Source of the DNA: Gnetum montanum
Taxonomy: Eukaryota > Plantae > Gnetophyta
Assembly (NCBI GenBank): GCA_015680685.1
Contig: MNCI01001499.1
Span: 183,349 to 247,348 of the forward strand
DNA: 64,000 nucleotides
Direction of reading: 5' to 3'
Part shown: positions 61,518 through 64,000 of the stretch, piece after piece
How positions within the stretch are numbered: position 1 is the stretch's first letter
How the letters are laid out: every line of letters begins with the position of its first letter
Program-made: the position numbers and the translations under genes
Notes under the pieces: model-generated
Databases searched by the model: none
What the model was told of the DNA's origin: nothing
What the model saw: only the letters and a program-made list of their open reading frames with translations

Positions 61518-64000
61518 ATGAAGGGCAAAGGGAAAGCAAGTTGAGAAAAAGGGAAGAGGCAAGAAAATCTAGTATTTGTGGAGGAGAGTGAAGAGCTACT
61601 CCAGCATCTCCCCCAAGCTAGGATTCCAGCATGGGATGGAGCTCTGCACAGGTAGATTTTTTCCTCTTATTTTTCTATTCAACATTTTATGTATGTTGTT
61701 AGTAAGTGTAGCGTGAGCTCTCACTGCCACTGTATTTTGATGCATTTATCATATGATTTTGATTTTTCTATTGGATTTGCTATGTTTTCTCTCCGCATTT
61801 TGGGGCATCAAGTTTTATACTTGGATTCATGACTTGCTATTTTTTTTCGTTCTTGTCTTTGGGGCATCATCATGAGTAATCCAGGGTGTGAGTGTGAGTG
61901 AAGGGCAAGTTGAGTGCCCAGCGTGAGCTAGTGCATGAGTGCCTACTCAACGTGAGTTGAAGCTAGGGAAATTCTCAGCATGAGTTAAGGCAAATGAAGT
62001 GTAAGCTAAGTGCCCAGTGTGAGTTGAAGCTAGGGAAATTCTCAAAGTGAGCTGAAGCAAATGCGATGTGAGCTGAGTGCCTAGTGTGAGTTGAACCAAA
62101 CTCAGCATTAGTTGAATGCATGTGTTACAGGGTATGAGCAGGCATGAGTGGTGTGAGTGGCCCAGGAAATGCGCAGGGCATGTGCAGGTGCATGTTTTGC
62201 AAGGTGCCCAGGGCAAGTTGTAGTGTGATCTTTCCAGGGTAACGTGAGTACCAGCATGAATGCAGGCCAGGATGGCCAACATGAGTGTAGGCTAGGAAAG
62301 GCTAGCGTGAGTGCAGGCCAAGAAGGCCAGCGTGAGTTGCATTGCAAGGGGAGGCTTGGTTTTCTTTTTGGGCAGTGTGAGTTGTGTTGTAGGGTTAGTT
62401 TCTAGCGTGAGTACCAAGGCTTCGTGGGCAGCGTGAGCGTAGGGTTCCTGGGTAGTGTGATCTGCAAGGTTCGCAGCATTAGTTAGAATGCAGGAACCCC
62501 AGTATGAGTTACTGGACGCTGTAGCATGAGTGCTTGGGACAGGTCCAACATGAGTTACTGGACACTACAGCGTCAGTGCCTAGGATAGGCCCAGCGTGAG
62601 TTACTAGATGCTGCAGCGTGAGTGCCTGGGATAGGCCCTAGCATGAGTTACTAGGAAGTTGTAGCGTGAGTTGCTGGGAACAAGCCCCAGCGTGAGTGTC
62701 TAGGCCCCTCTTTGCTAAGATGTAAATTGTTTGCCAAGATGTTTATGTTTTGCTGGTTTTATATCTACACAGTTTATTGTTTTCTTGGGATAGATAAAAT
62801 ATGTTTCTATGTTTTTCTAAGTTTATGTTGAATCTTTGAATGTTCACGTTTTCACACTTATGTATTTATTTTATGTTGCCTACAACAAACTACTGTGTAA
62901 GAGTTTTCAATGTACCCCAGTGAGCATTAAGTACACTAAGTAAATATTGGTGTCCTTGTCTCATGGGGTGCAACTATATATTTGAATGTTTTTTATGTCT
63001 GTTTTTGGCTTATGTGATTTCATACTATTGTTAGCACTTAGACTCTTTACTTACCTAATGTTTTGGCTACATGTAGGGGACCTAAACCTTCTCTTCTTGT
63101 GATTGAGCTCATTGGTGTACTTGCTTGGTTTGGCCCCTTTGAACCAAACATACCTCCTTATGACATGCACATTGGGCCTCATATGATATGGTTCCATCTT
63201 GGTGTTGGTTTATTTTTGCAAAATTTCAGTGTGATTATATGGTCTCACATAAGTGAACAGTTGGCTCGTGATATCATTGACACAATGTTGTCCGGGTCTA
63301 CACAAGACATGCTTGCCTTCATTACTGACATAGATGAGGGACTTTTTAAAGTTGAGGGAGGCCCTGACAAGGGTCCTAGATCTACTCGTCCCTTGACTTG
63401 TGTGTGGGAGCTACCTACTTGTAGTCATTATAACAGCAACAACACACTTTTTCTAGCCTTTCGTGTGCACACTCTATTCCAGAACCCACCTGGGACAGTG
63501 TATAGAGTGGACATGTATGCTTTTTGTGATTTGCTTAAATTTTGATTCCTTTAAAACTGTATCGTTGTCTATGCTTAAATACACCTTTTCTATGCAGGCC
63601 TCATTTTGATGAGAATGGGATGCATGATGATCATGGTGGGCTTGCCTTAGCGCGCACAGCGTTGGAGGCATTCATGATAGGCCCCATTCCTCATGCTGCG
63701 GTACTCTACCAAACAAGAGGTGCTATCGTTGACTACCATAGGAAATTTTTGAGGGCCTTTGAGCACTACCAAGTTCGTGGTTGGTTACATGAGGATTAGT
63801 CCTCCAATAGGCCAATTTTTCCTCAGAGAATTGATCTTGCACCTAATGTGCCTACGCCATTTACTGATGGTAAATGATCACACTTTAGACTCCATTTTCT
63901 TCTGTTGTATCACCATGTACTATATTTTTAAATTTTCTCTTTATGTTTTCCTACAGCGATCGTCCCTTATAATGAAGTTACCATTGTATCAGCGCATCCT
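61518..64000 (+). pseudogene. Element C antisense gene, exons 1-3 and start of exon 4
   Basis: Exons 61518-61651, 63077-63514, 63598-63869 and 63957 onward. Same intron phases (2,2,1) as B; shared peptides LARTALEAFM, RGWLH and FQNP. Confidence 0.9.
61870..62700. repeat. AGCGTGAG(T/C) motif array in intron 1 of the element C antisense gene
   Basis: Dozens of AGCGTGAG / AGCATGAG / AGTGTGAG copies; same motif as the C LTR U3. Confidence 0.85.

Larger units (their letters stand above)
54342..64000 (-). mobile_element. Element C: Tat-lineage element related to B, 3' half (LTR, 3' UTR, pol, 5' part of the antisense gene)
   Basis: LTR end homologous to B (TGTACTGACCAAAATTGTCG vs TGTACCGTCCAAAATCGTCG), identical PPT and collinear pol. 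Confidence 0.9.

Overview
Plant-type heterochromatin with strong CpG/CHG decay. The window consists entirely of nested, decayed Ty3/Gypsy LTR retrotransposons, and no host gene was found. Five elements can be resolved. D (Tat-like, minus) is the oldest. An Athila-like element E (minus; 5' LTR 48640-49522; runs off the left edge) is inserted into D. Tat-like element A (plus, 6002-44298) sits in E's pol, Tat-like element B (minus, 17779-35805, the best preserved) sits in A, and Tat-like element C (minus, 54342 to beyond 64000) sits in D's gag. Main result: in A and B gag-protease is separated from RT-RH-aRH-INT by a multi-kb cassette carrying an antisense, spliced gene. In B this gene has 8 exons and about 1,076 codons. 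C shows the pol-side part of the same arrangement and D the gag-side part, and splice sites and intron phases are conserved between these diverged elements. The predicted protein has an N-terminal FCP1/NIF-type HAD domain lacking the catalytic aspartates, a central Transposase_32/ATHILA-ORF1-like domain and a coiled coil. A, B and C each carry a family-specific variant of an ACGCT..AGCGT inverted motif, arrayed in the LTR U3 and around the 5' end of the antisense gene. This layout recalls the VANDAL/VANC sequence-specific anti-silencing systems. Domain calls come from motif recognition by eye and functional roles are inference.
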